Assembly: GCA_965644315.1 (NCBI GenBank)
Contig: CBFFRQ010000128.1
Span: 1-15,787 of the forward strand
Length of the DNA: 15,787 nucleotides
Source of the DNA: Caecitellus pseudoparvulus
Lineage: Eukaryota; Protista; Bigyra: Bicosoecida
Reading direction: 5' to 3'
A model generated the notes under the pieces. That model was not told where the DNA came from, did no database searches, and was given only the letters and a program-made list of their open reading frames with translations. The translations under genes were made by a program, and so were the position numbers. Shown piece after piece: positions 1-9,795 of the stretch. Each line of letters starts with the position of its first letter. The stretch's first letter is position 1.

Positions 1-1522
1 TAACCCTAACCCTAACCCTAACCCTAACCCTAACCCTAACCCTAACCCTAACCCTAACCCTAACCCTAACCCTAACCCTAACCCTAACCCTAACCCTAAC
101 CCTAACCCTAACCCTAACCCTAACCCTAACCCTAACCCTAACCCTAACCCTAACCCTAACCCTAACCCTAACCCTAACCCTAACCCTAACCCTAACCCTA
201 ACCCTAACCCTAACCCTAACCCTAACCCTAACCCTAACCCTAACCCTAACCCTAACCCTAACCCTAACCCTAACCCTAACCCTAACCCTAACCCTAACCC
301 TAACCCTAACCCTAACCCTAACCCTAACCCTAACCCTAACCCTAACCCTAACCCTAACCCTAACCCTAACCCTAACCCTAACCCTAACCCTAACCCTAAC
401 CCTAACCCTAACCCTAACCCTAACCCTAACCCTAACCCTAACCCTAACCCTAACCCTAACCCTAACCCTAACCCTAACCCTAACCCTAACCCTAACCCTA
501 ACCCTAACCCTAACCCTAACCCTAACCCTAACCCTAACCCTAACCCTAACCCTAACCCTAACCCTAACCCTAACCCTAACCCTAACCCTAACCCTAACCC
601 TAACCCTAACCCTAACCCTAACCCTAACCCTAACCCTAACCCTAACCCTAACCCTAACCCTAACCCTAACCCTAACCCTAACCCTAACCCTAACCCTAAC
701 CCTAACCCTAACCCTAACCCTAACCCTAACCCTAACCCTAACCCTAACCCTAACCCTAACCCTAACCCTAACCCTAACCCTAACCCTAACCCTAACCCTA
801 ACCCTAACCCTAACCCTAACCCTAACCCTAACCCTAACCCTAACCCTAACCCTAACCCTAACCCTAACCCTAACCCTAACCCTAACCCTAACCCTAACCC
901 TAACCCTAACCCTAACCCTAACCCTAACCCTAACCCTAACCCTAACCCTAACCCTAACCCTAACCCTAACCCTAACCCTAACCCTAACCCTAACCCTAAC
1001 CCTAACCCTAACCCTAACCCTAACCCTAACCCTAACCCTAACCCTAACCCTAACCCTAACCCTAACCCTAACCCTAACCCTAACCCTAACCCTAACCCTA
1101 ACCCTAACCCTAACCCTAACCCTAACCCTAACCCTAACCCTAACCCTAACCCTAACCCTAACCCTAACCCTAACCCTAACCCTAACCCTAACCCTAACCC
1201 TAACCCTAACCCTAACCCTAACCCTAACCCTAACCCTAACCCTAACCCTAACCCTAACCCTAACCCTAACCCTAACCCTAACCCTAACCCTAACCCTAAC
1301 CCTAACCCTAACCCTAACCCTAACCCTAACCCTAACCCTAACCCTAACCCTAACCCTAACCCTAACCCTAACCCTAACCCTAACCCTAACCCTAACCCTA
1401 ACCCTAACCCTAACCCTAACCCTAACCCTAACCCTAACCCTAACCCTAACCCTAACCCTAACCCTAACCCTAACCCTAACCCTAACCCTAACCCTAACCC
1501 TAACCCTAACCCTAACCCTAAC
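1..1522 (+). repeat. Terminal telomeric repeat tract (CCCTAA)n, C-rich strand, ~253 units; left chromosome end
   Basis: Uninterrupted CCCTAA hexamers from base 1 to ...CCCTAAC at 1522; C-rich strand at the 5' end is the expected polarity of a left telomere. Confidence 0.99.
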
Positions 1523-4444
1523 TTTCCAAATGTCAAGCTAATCACAAGTTGTGAAGTGCTAACATTGCCTAATCCAGGCGCTCGTGCACCCAAGTGTGGT
1601 GTTGCACAGTGCTTGCTGGTTGGGTGGTGCGCACCGGGGCGGGGTAGTGCGAATTCCGCACACCATCGCACCGTGGCTCCCAGTTTGCGCCCTCGGTCGG
1701 GGCATGCACCTGGGATCGACATCAAAAGCATCATTGACAAGCATCATGAACGCCCAAGTGGATCAAGTCCTGGGGGTCCTCTTCGTGGAGGGGTGCCTGA
1801 AGCGCAAGCAAGTGCTCGGCCCCAGAACAGGTGTCTTCACTGACATGCCACGTCGGGGTGCCGCACGCACCTTCGAGCTTGGAGGACCCCTGCCCAAGAC
1901 TGATCATGATAGTTCATCTTCGGCACGGGACATGTGGCTCGAGGTCTATGGGGAAGCCGCCGAACGGCTGATCCCAGGGCTGAGTGCGGAATTCGGCAAC
2001 GCCAATGCGGCCCTGCGCCAGGGACCCACCGGATCGCCAACCATCCTCGTCACGCTCGGAAGTGAGGGTGATTCACCAACAGTGGCACGTCAACTTCGCA
2101 TTCTTGCTGCTCAAGAGGACGACTTCGCCATTCGAGTCGGCCAAGGTGGGTTCGTCGCCGTGGCCTACACCAACACCAAGCAGTTCGCATCGGCGAAGGC
2201 GAAAGTGAAGGTGAAGGCCCACCCCACCGCCATCCAAGTGGCCCACCAAGTGACCAAGGAAGCAACCGAAATCGCCTGCCAGTCAGGTGATGTTGCCAAG
2301 GTCATGTGCCTCGTTAGGTCCCACTTCGACCATGGCCCCGTGCCAGCCCAAGCCGTCCGTCCCAGTGTCAGACAATCCGTCCCCTCCGAGGGTGATGCAC
2401 CTGTCGACACCAAGACACCATCGACCTGGACTGACACTCAGCTCGACAAGGCACCGAAGAAGAAGAAGACCCGTCGAGGCAAGCGAGGAAAGGGCAAGTC
2501 AGCCGGACGATCCCTCACCTTCGAGGACGTCTTCATCAAGAACGTCCGGCCACCTGCACCTCGACCAACCTCACCACCTGCCACCCAAGGCTCACCCAAA
2601 GATACCGTCACCACCCCTGTGGTGCATGCCATGTTGCCTTCATCAAGGGTGCAGCGGGGCGTCGACCGCAAGTGGCCGTCCCCCACCCCGTCGGGCGAGG
2701 CAAGCCCCGAGGTGCACCGGTATCGGCCGTCTGCAGCAGCAGCATGGGAGGTGATCACAAGGGTGGTGCCTCTTCATGACAGTGTGCGGACACCCGAGCA
2801 CCTGGCCGAGTACCCCATCAAGCCTGGCCCTCTGGCCGACCTGCTGTCATCGACCCACGTGTACTCTAACGTGGGGGGCGGGCCTGTGTCCAGGCCTGTC
2901 TCGAGACGGCAGCAGGGGAGAGGGTCTTCGAGGCTGGGGACCTCCTCCTACTCCAGCATGCAGCCACCATCAACGCTGCCCAGCTTGCCTTCAAGCACAT
3001 GGTCAGGCAGCTGGAGGGGGTGGTCAGTGACTCGTCCAGCTCGGACATCATGGACGTCGGCCAGAAGCCACCCTCCCCCTTCCGCTCAGACGGGCAACGG
3101 GTGGCCGTCTTCCGCAACATGCTGCACCAGCACTCGCCGGATGACACCTTCCTGGCCCCAGGTACACCACCAGTCCTGCTTCCCGGCCTGCACCTGCTCA
3201 TCGACCGCATCAACCAAGGGTACCGTGCCCCAGCCGGGCATGATGACCTTGGCCAGGCCGGCGTCGACCCCAGCCAGGTTGATGAAGAGGGTGACCAAGA
3301 GGGGCACCTCGACGGAGTGCTGTATGCCTTCGCACTTCGAGAGGTGTGGACCGACAACACGGCCCATCTGCAGCTCATCCTCGTCGACCATGATCGAGGC
3401 AAGCTGGTGCTGTGGAACCCCGACATCCCTGACCTCCATGACGAGCTGCCCCTGCACAAGTGCATGACCCGGCTGGCAGCCGAAGGCATCAACGTCTTGT
3501 ACCGGATCTGGACCACACCCGAGGCGGGCAGTCCAGCACCCTTCCGGGACAGGCTTCGAGGGGCACTCCAGTCTCTCCGAGATGACTTCCCCCCCCTGCC
3601 TCACAAGGCCACCGACGGCACCGTGCACCCCCAGACCCTCATCGCTGGCAAGGGCACAAGGGTGGCCATGCCTCATGGGCGGATGACCCGACAGCAGGCC
3701 GCCACCCTGGAGGCTGAGGTCAAGGACCCCCTCAAGCGGCTGGTGCCTGAAGACGGCGAGGGTCGCCTGCCCAAGGTCAAGGATGTGCCCCACATCTCGA
3801 TCGGGCAGATGGGTGGACGCCTGATGTAAGTCACCTGTGGGGGCATACTCCCTGTGCCACACATGACTGAAGCTTTGTGTCGCGACCGACGCACATAGCT
3901 GACATCGGACATTGGAAAGTCCAACCCAACCTCACCATCACCAACCCAACATCGATACCAACACATCAGGACTCGGCTCAGTGGAAGGGGAAGGCACTTG
4001 CAGCAAGATCTGTGAGGCCGCCCCCAAACCTGAGCCGAAGGGACAGCCGGGCTGGGTCGTGTGCTTGCATCTCAGCAACACCCAGTCCGTGTCGAGTCCA
4101 TATCCTCCAGCCCACACCGCCACCCAAGCCAAGCAAGTCGGGTCTCCACCCCTGGACATCGGACCGAGACGGACGAGACTGGACTGGACGGACAAGACAA
4201 GAGTGGACCGAGACCTGGACCTACACCTCAAGACCATCCCACCGGGGCGGGCGCTGAAGCGCCAAGACAGACGGCGACTTATACAACGGACACGAGTCTG
4301 TGCTAGTCGCAAAGCCGTGCAAGCGGTGCCGTCGTGGTGTCTGTGTCACTGCATTCTGTTGTGGCGCAGGTGGCACCACATGTCCAAGCCCAAGCTGTAC
4401 CATGATGTAGCCTGCATGGAGGCAATCTGCAATGCATTGAGTAG
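1523..4444 (+). mobile_element. Telomere-embedded 2922-bp element, distal copy (unclassified)
   Basis: Begins TTTCCAAATG and ends GCATTGAGTAG; flanked by CTAAC at 1518-1522 and 4445-4449; repeated at offset 2927/2928 with identical ORF translations. Confidence 0.9.
1746..3829 (+). pseudogene. Frameshifted copy of the element ORF (G6 instead of G7); may be a sequencing error
   Basis: G-run 2873-2878 has 6 G versus 7 G at 5800-5806 in copy 2, splitting the ORF into 1584..3467 and 2999..3829. Confidence 0.7.
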
Positions 4445-4449
4445 CTAAC

Positions 4450-7372
4450 TTTCCAAATGTCAAGCTAATCACAAGTTGTGAAGTGCTAACATTGCCTAAT
4501 CCAGGCGCTCGTGCACCCAAGTGTGGTGTTGCACAGTGCTTGCTGGTTGGGTGGTGCGCACCGGGGCGGGGTAGTGCGAATTCCGCACACCATCGCACCG
4601 TGGCTCCCAGTTTGCGCCCTCGGTCGGGGCATGCACCTGGGATCGACATCAAAAGCATCATTGACAAGCATCATGAACGCCCAAGTGGATCAAGTCCTGG
4701 GGGTCCTCTTCGTGGAGGGGTGCCTGAAGCGCAAGCAAGTGCTCGGCCCCAGAACAGGTGTCTTCACTGACATGCCACGTCGGGGTGCCGCACGCACCTT
4801 CGAGCTTGGAGGACCCCTGCCCAAGACTGATCATGATAGTTCATCTTCGGCACGGGACATGTGGCTCGAGGTCTATGGGGAAGCCGCCGAACGGCTGATC
4901 CCAGGGCTGAGTGCGGAATTCGGCAACGCCAATGCGGCCCTGCGCCAGGGACCCACCGGATCGCCAACCATCCTCGTCACGCTCGGAAGTGAGGGTGATT
5001 CACCAACAGTGGCACGTCAACTTCGCATTCTTGCTGCTCAAGAGGACGACTTCGCCATTCGAGTCGGCCAAGGTGGGTTCGTCGCCGTGGCCTACACCAA
5101 CACCAAGCAGTTCGCATCGGCGAAGGCGAAAGTGAAGGTGAAGGCCCACCCCACCGCCATCCAAGTGGCCCACCAAGTGACCAAGGAAGCAACCGAAATC
5201 GCCTGCCAGTCAGGTGATGTTGCCAAGGTCATGTGCCTCGTTAGGTCCCACTTCGACCATGGCCCCGTGCCAGCCCAAGCCGTCCGTCCCAGTGTCAGAC
5301 AATCCGTCCCCTCCGAGGGTGATGCACCTGTCGACACCAAGACACCATCGACCTGGACTGACACTCAGCTCGACAAGGCACCGAAGAAGAAGAAGACCCG
5401 TCGAGGCAAGCGAGGAAAGGGCAAGTCAGCCGGACGATCCCTCACCTTCGAGGACGTCTTCATCAAGAACGTCCGGCCACCTGCACCTCGACCAACCTCA
5501 CCACCTGCCACCCAAGGCTCACCCAAAGATACCGTCACCACCCCTGTGGTGCATGCCATGTTGCCTTCATCAAGGGTGCAGCGGGGCGTCGACCGCAAGT
5601 GGCCGTCCCCCACCCCGTCGGGCGAGGCAAGCCCCGAGGTGCACCGGTATCGGCCGTCTGCAGCAGCAGCATGGGAGGTGATCACAAGGGTGGTGCCTCT
5701 TCATGACAGTGTGCGGACACCCGAGCACCTGGCCGAGTACCCCATCAAGCCTGGCCCTCTGGCCGACCTGCTGTCATCGACCCACGTGTACTCTAACGTG
5801 GGGGGGCGGGCCTGTGTCCAGGCCTGTCTCGAGACGGCAGCAGGGGAGAGGGTCTTCGAGGCTGGGGACCTCCTCCTACTCCAGCATGCAGCCACCATCA
5901 ACGCTGCCCAGCTTGCCTTCAAGCACATGGTCAGGCAGCTGGAGGGGGTGGTCAGTGACTCGTCCAGCTCGGACATCATGGACGTCGGCCAGAAGCCACC
6001 CTCCCCCTTCCGCTCAGACGGGCAACGGGTGGCCGTCTTCCGCAACATGCTGCACCAGCACTCGCCGGATGACACCTTCCTGGCCCCAGGTACACCACCA
6101 GTCCTGCTTCCCGGCCTGCACCTGCTCATCGACCGCATCAACCAAGGGTACCGTGCCCCAGCCGGGCATGATGACCTTGGCCAGGCCGGCGTCGACCCCA
6201 GCCAGGTTGATGAAGAGGGTGACCAAGAGGGGCACCTCGACGGAGTGCTGTATGCCTTCGCACTTCGAGAGGTGTGGACCGACAACACGGCCCATCTGCA
6301 GCTCATCCTCGTCGACCATGATCGAGGCAAGCTGGTGCTGTGGAACCCCGACATCCCTGACCTCCATGACGAGCTGCCCCTGCACAAGTGCATGACCCGG
6401 CTGGCAGCCGAAGGCATCAACGTCTTGTACCGGATCTGGACCACACCCGAGGCGGGCAGTCCAGCACCCTTCCGGGACAGGCTTCGAGGGGCACTCCAGT
6501 CTCTCCGAGATGACTTCCCCCCCCTGCCTCACAAGGCCACCGACGGCACCGTGCACCCCCAGACCCTCATCGCTGGCAAGGGCACAAGGGTGGCCATGCC
6601 TCATGGGCGGATGACCCGACAGCAGGCCGCCACCCTGGAGGCTGAGGTCAAGGACCCCCTCAAGCGGCTGGTGCCTGAAGACGGCGAGGGTCGCCTGCCC
6701 AAGGTCAAGGATGTGCCCCACATCTCGATCGGGCAGATGGGTGGACGCCTGATGTAAGTCACCTGTGGGGGCATACTCCCTGTGCCACACATGACTGAAG
6801 CTTTGTGTCGCGACCGACGCACATAGCTGACATCGGACATTGGAAAGTCCAACCCAACCTCACCATCACCAACCCAACATCGATACCAACACATCAGGAC
6901 TCGGCTCAGTGGAAGGGGAAGGCACTTGCAGCAAGATCTGTGAGGCCGCCCCCAAACCTGAGCCGAAGGGACAGCCGGGCTGGGTCGTGTGCTTGCATCT
7001 CAGCAACACCCAGTCCGTGTCGAGTCCATATCCTCCAGCCCACACCGCCACCCAAGCCAAGCAAGTCGGGTCTCCACCCCTGGACATCGGACCGAGACGG
7101 ACGAGACTGGACTGGACGGACAAGACAAGAGTGGACCGAGACCTGGACCTACACCTCAAGACCATCCCACCGGGGCGGGCGCTGAAGCGCCAAGACAGAC
7201 GGCGACTTATACAACGGACACGAGTCTGTGCTAGTCGCAAAGCCGTGCAAGCGGTGCCGTCGTGGTGTCTGTGTCACTGCATTCTGTTGTGGCGCAGGTG
7301 GCACCACATGTCCAAGCCCAAGCTGTACCATGATGTAGCCTGCATGGAGGCAATCTGCAATGCATTGAGTAG
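4450..7372 (+). mobile_element. Telomere-embedded 2923-bp element, proximal copy (intact ORF)
   Basis: Same termini as copy 1; flanked by CTAAC at 4445-4449 and 7373-7377, the latter continuing as telomeric repeats. Confidence 0.9.
4673..6757 (+). CDS. Element-encoded ~694-aa protein: basic NLS-like patch, Pro-rich linker, candidate papain-fold cysteine protease domain
   Basis: Long ORF with G/C-ending codon bias; ATG 4673 has A at -3 (alternative ATG 4631; the track's 4511 start is GTG). Motifs KKKKTRRGKRGKGK, SNVGGRACVQACL and HLQLILVDHDRGKLVLWNP. Function inferred only. Confidence 0.8.
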   Translation: MNAQVDQVLGVLFVEGCLKRKQVLGPRTGVFTDMPRRGAARTFELGGPLPKTDHDSSSSARDMWLEVYGEAAERLIPGLSAEFGNANAALRQGPTGSPTILVTLGSEGDSPTVARQLRILAAQEDDFAIRVGQGGFVAVAYTNTKQFASAKAKVKVKAHPTAIQVAHQVTKEATEIACQSGDVAKVMCLVRSHFDHGPVPAQAVRPSVRQSVPSEGDAPVDTKTPSTWTDTQLDKAPKKKKTRRGKRGKGKSAGRSLTFEDVFIKNVRPPAPRPTSPPATQGSPKDTVTTPVVHAMLPSSRVQRGVDRKWPSPTPSGEASPEVHRYRPSAAAAWEVITRVVPLHDSVRTPEHLAEYPIKPGPLADLLSSTHVYSNVGGRACVQACLETAAGERVFEAGDLLLLQHAATINAAQLAFKHMVRQLEGVVSDSSSSDIMDVGQKPPSPFRSDGQRVAVFRNMLHQHSPDDTFLAPGTPPVLLPGLHLLIDRINQGYRAPAGHDDLGQAGVDPSQVDEEGDQEGHLDGVLYAFALREVWTDNTAHLQLILVDHDRGKLVLWNPDIPDLHDELPLHKCMTRLAAEGINVLYRIWTTPEAGSPAPFRDRLRGALQSLRDDFPPLPHKATDGTVHPQTLIAGKGTRVAMPHGRMTRQQAATLEAEVKDPLKRLVPEDGEGRLPKVKDVPHISIGQMGGRLM

Positions 7373-7376
7373 CTAA
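6848..7376 (+). CDS. Possible second exon of the element gene (after putative intron 6754-6847); stop codon lies in the junction CTAAC
   Basis: GTAAGT at 6754, CTGAC at 6827-6831 and first downstream AG at 6846-6847 join ORF1 in frame to the 6840..7376 ORF, which has no ATG of its own near its start. Same in copy 1 (intron 3826-3919, exon 3920-4448). Confidence 0.4.
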
Positions 7377-7722
7377 CCCTAACCCTAACCCTAACCCTAA
7401 CCCTAACCCTAACCCTAACCCTAACCCTAACCCTAACCCTAACCCTAACCCTAACCCTAACCCTAACCCTAACCCTAACCCTAACCCTAACCCTAACCCT
7501 AACCCTAACCCTAACCCTAACCCTAACCCTAACCCTAACCCTAACCCTAACCCTAACCCTAACCCCTAACCCTAACCCTAACCCTAACCCTAACCTACCC
7601 CTAACCCTAACCCTAACCCTAACCCTAACCCTAACCCTAACCCTAACCCTAACCCTAACCCTAACCCTAACCCTAACCCTAACCCTAACCCTAACCCTAA
7701 CCCTAACCCTAACCCTAACCCT
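7373..7722 (+). repeat. Inner telomeric tract (CCCTAA)n, ~58 units, with a few variant units
   Basis: CCCTAA repeats, with CCCCTAA near 7563-7569 and CCTACCCCTAA near 7594-7604; ends CCCT|CGCAGG. Confidence 0.98.
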
Positions 7723-9302
7723 CGCAGGCCTTGCAGAGACAAGTCTCCAAAGGGAACCTTTGTCAGGCCTGTCTCGTCGTGCCCAACGCAAAACGGCTGG
7801 CCTTCCCAGATAGGCAACCGCAGCACCATAGCCTCCAAAATGCCGTCCACGAAGATGGGAGAGCACCCTGGCGTCCACTCGATGCCCTTTTCGCCTTTCT
7901 CGGCATTCGGAAGGCACTTTTCCTCGGCGAGCCCTGTCATCAGCGCTTCGAAAACGTCCCACACCGTCGCCTTTTGTCGTCGAAAGGCATCTCCTGCGTC
8001 AATCATCCAGCCGAAGTTGTCGGTCAAGGCCTCCAAAGTTGCTTCGTCTGTGTTGAGGAGTCTCTGGATGAACTGCTCATCCACAACACCTGCATCTTGC
8101 AGCTGCTTCTTGGCCGCACCTTCGCCTCGCTTCTTCAACAGCAGCATTGCACGGAGTGGCACGGCCAAGTTCACAACTCCCAGCGCACGAGCTTGGCTGT
8201 TGAACCACACAGTGCGAGCAGCCAGTCCAAGCGCTGCCTTGAAGTCGGAAACCATGCTTGCGGAGACATGCTCCCGCAACTCCTCTTTGCAAAATGCGTC
8301 CACGTCACACTTGGCCAGCGAGTCCACAGAGTGCGAGCAGAGCCTCTTCAGAACCTTGACTCTGTCTTCAGCTTTGGCAGCGCCCTGCATCAACTTCAGG
8401 GCGGTCTTCACAACCCCACACCGCTTGAGGGATTCCCACAGCTCGTCGCCAGCAGCTTCCTGAAGAATCAAAAGCGACGAGGCACTATGGTACAAGGCTC
8501 CAGTGAGTGGGTTGAACACAACGTGGAGAGGCCTCAACTCACCTTGCAAACCTGCACTTCTCTGTCCGTGGCTTCCTGTGCTTCAACCTTGCCCTGCTTC
8601 GATTCAATCTCCAGCAGCTTGGCCTGTACCTGACTCAGGTACGTCGGCAAATTCTTCTTCGCCCACACTTGAGTAACGCGACTGAAAAGGCCCATCCCGA
8701 TTGAACTGATCAGTTTACCTTCGTGAGCCAGTTTCAAGCTGACGTCGATTGGCATGTCAAGAAGAGAAGCAAGGACTTTGATTTGTTTTTCGGTACTTTC
8801 ATTCTCGAATCGAATCCCAAAATCAACTTGAGCTACGAAGCCGCTTGAGACGAGGGCTTGAAGCAGGTTCACGTCTGGAGCTGTCTGTGAACAAGGTCAG
8901 TCAAAGTGCAGGGAACAGCGCTTCATTCAAGCGTGGAACATGCACGCAGCAACGAACCTCTAGCTTCTCGACGGCAGCAAGGGCCAACTTTGCAACCCGT
9001 CCTTGTGGATACAGACCACCAAATGTCGTCAGCAGCTTCTCTTGCTGGCTCTCCTCCAGCTCAGTCCACCATGCCGTGCTCGGAAGCACTTCGCTGGCCT
9101 TCCGAGGTCCCTCTGTCAGAGAACCAGCCACAGATGAAGCATGGCGTGACAAACTGGGTGCCTGGTGCGGCTTCGGCACACATAGTGGCCGCCAGTGCAC
9201 AGCGGCAGCAGCCAATTCCGCCCCAACACTGCGCAACGCCAACAGAGACCGCACTGACGCTCCCACAGCACGTGACAGAGTCAGTGCAGCTTTCAAGTTC
9301 AT
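7723..9302 (-). pseudogene. Spliced gene truncated at its 3' end by the telomere tract; exons ~9302-8958, 8884-8543, 8459-7723; possible P-element-like transposase N-terminal half
   Basis: Introns 8957-8885 (GTTCGT..CTGAC..CACAG, 73 nt) and 8542-8460 (GTGAGT..TTTTGATTCTTCAG, 83 nt) are both phase 0 and join three ORFs in frame; the frame runs into GGGTTA repeats without its own stop. 5' end uncertain. Confidence 0.75.
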
Positions 9303-9795
9303 TGCGTCCCAGAAATGCTTGCGAGCGCGGCAGGTGCTGCGAGTGTACGCCCACTTTCAAGGCTGCGCTGGTGCGGAAGTGTGGCCGAAGGTTTGAAGCG
9401 CAGAGCTGCACGTTGAGCGGAGGTGAGGCAAGTCTGGGCACGATGTGCCAGATGTGCATCATATGTGGTATGCTGCAGGAGATGCCTGGGATCCAGTTTT
9501 TGTCTGGTTGGGCGAATCTGATTCTGGCACTTCCCAAGTCAAATTCCGCACCCCTCAGTGACTCACGCGGTCCACGAATGATGCTAAATAGAGTCAGCAC
9601 AAGCGGAAGCGACCAACATCACCCTCAAACTGAGAGGAAACCCTTGCAGTGCCAGCAATCGCAGATGGGCCAAGTATCGGCAACCATGAGCCCACACAAC
9701 CTCAGCAGCATGGTGCTGTACTCGCGGCGCACCAGCACAGCCACGCCCACACTCAGGCAGCCATGGAGCGCACCAAGTGCACGCTTGATGACAGG

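Noticed and set aside
3830-4444. Hammerhead ribozyme as in Penelope/Terminon ends, or a Fanzor/TnpB guide RNA
   Set aside because: No CTGANGA...GAAA core found by eye, and the ORF shows no RuvC or zinc-finger motifs; an Infernal scan is needed to exclude fully.
4400-4449. Helitron-like 3' end (palindrome CAATGCATTG then CTAA fitting CTRR) with tandem copies
   Set aside because: No 5' TC, no A|T target, no strong GC hairpin at the expected distance and no Rep/helicase motifs.
2866-6790. Long antisense and alternate-frame ORFs over the element gene (216-258 aa)
   Set aside because: Expected shadows of a GC3-biased coding frame; no independent motifs.
7231-7962. 243-aa ORF with (RV)n and (GL)n tracts
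   Set aside because: Simple translation of stop-free frames of the telomeric repeat.
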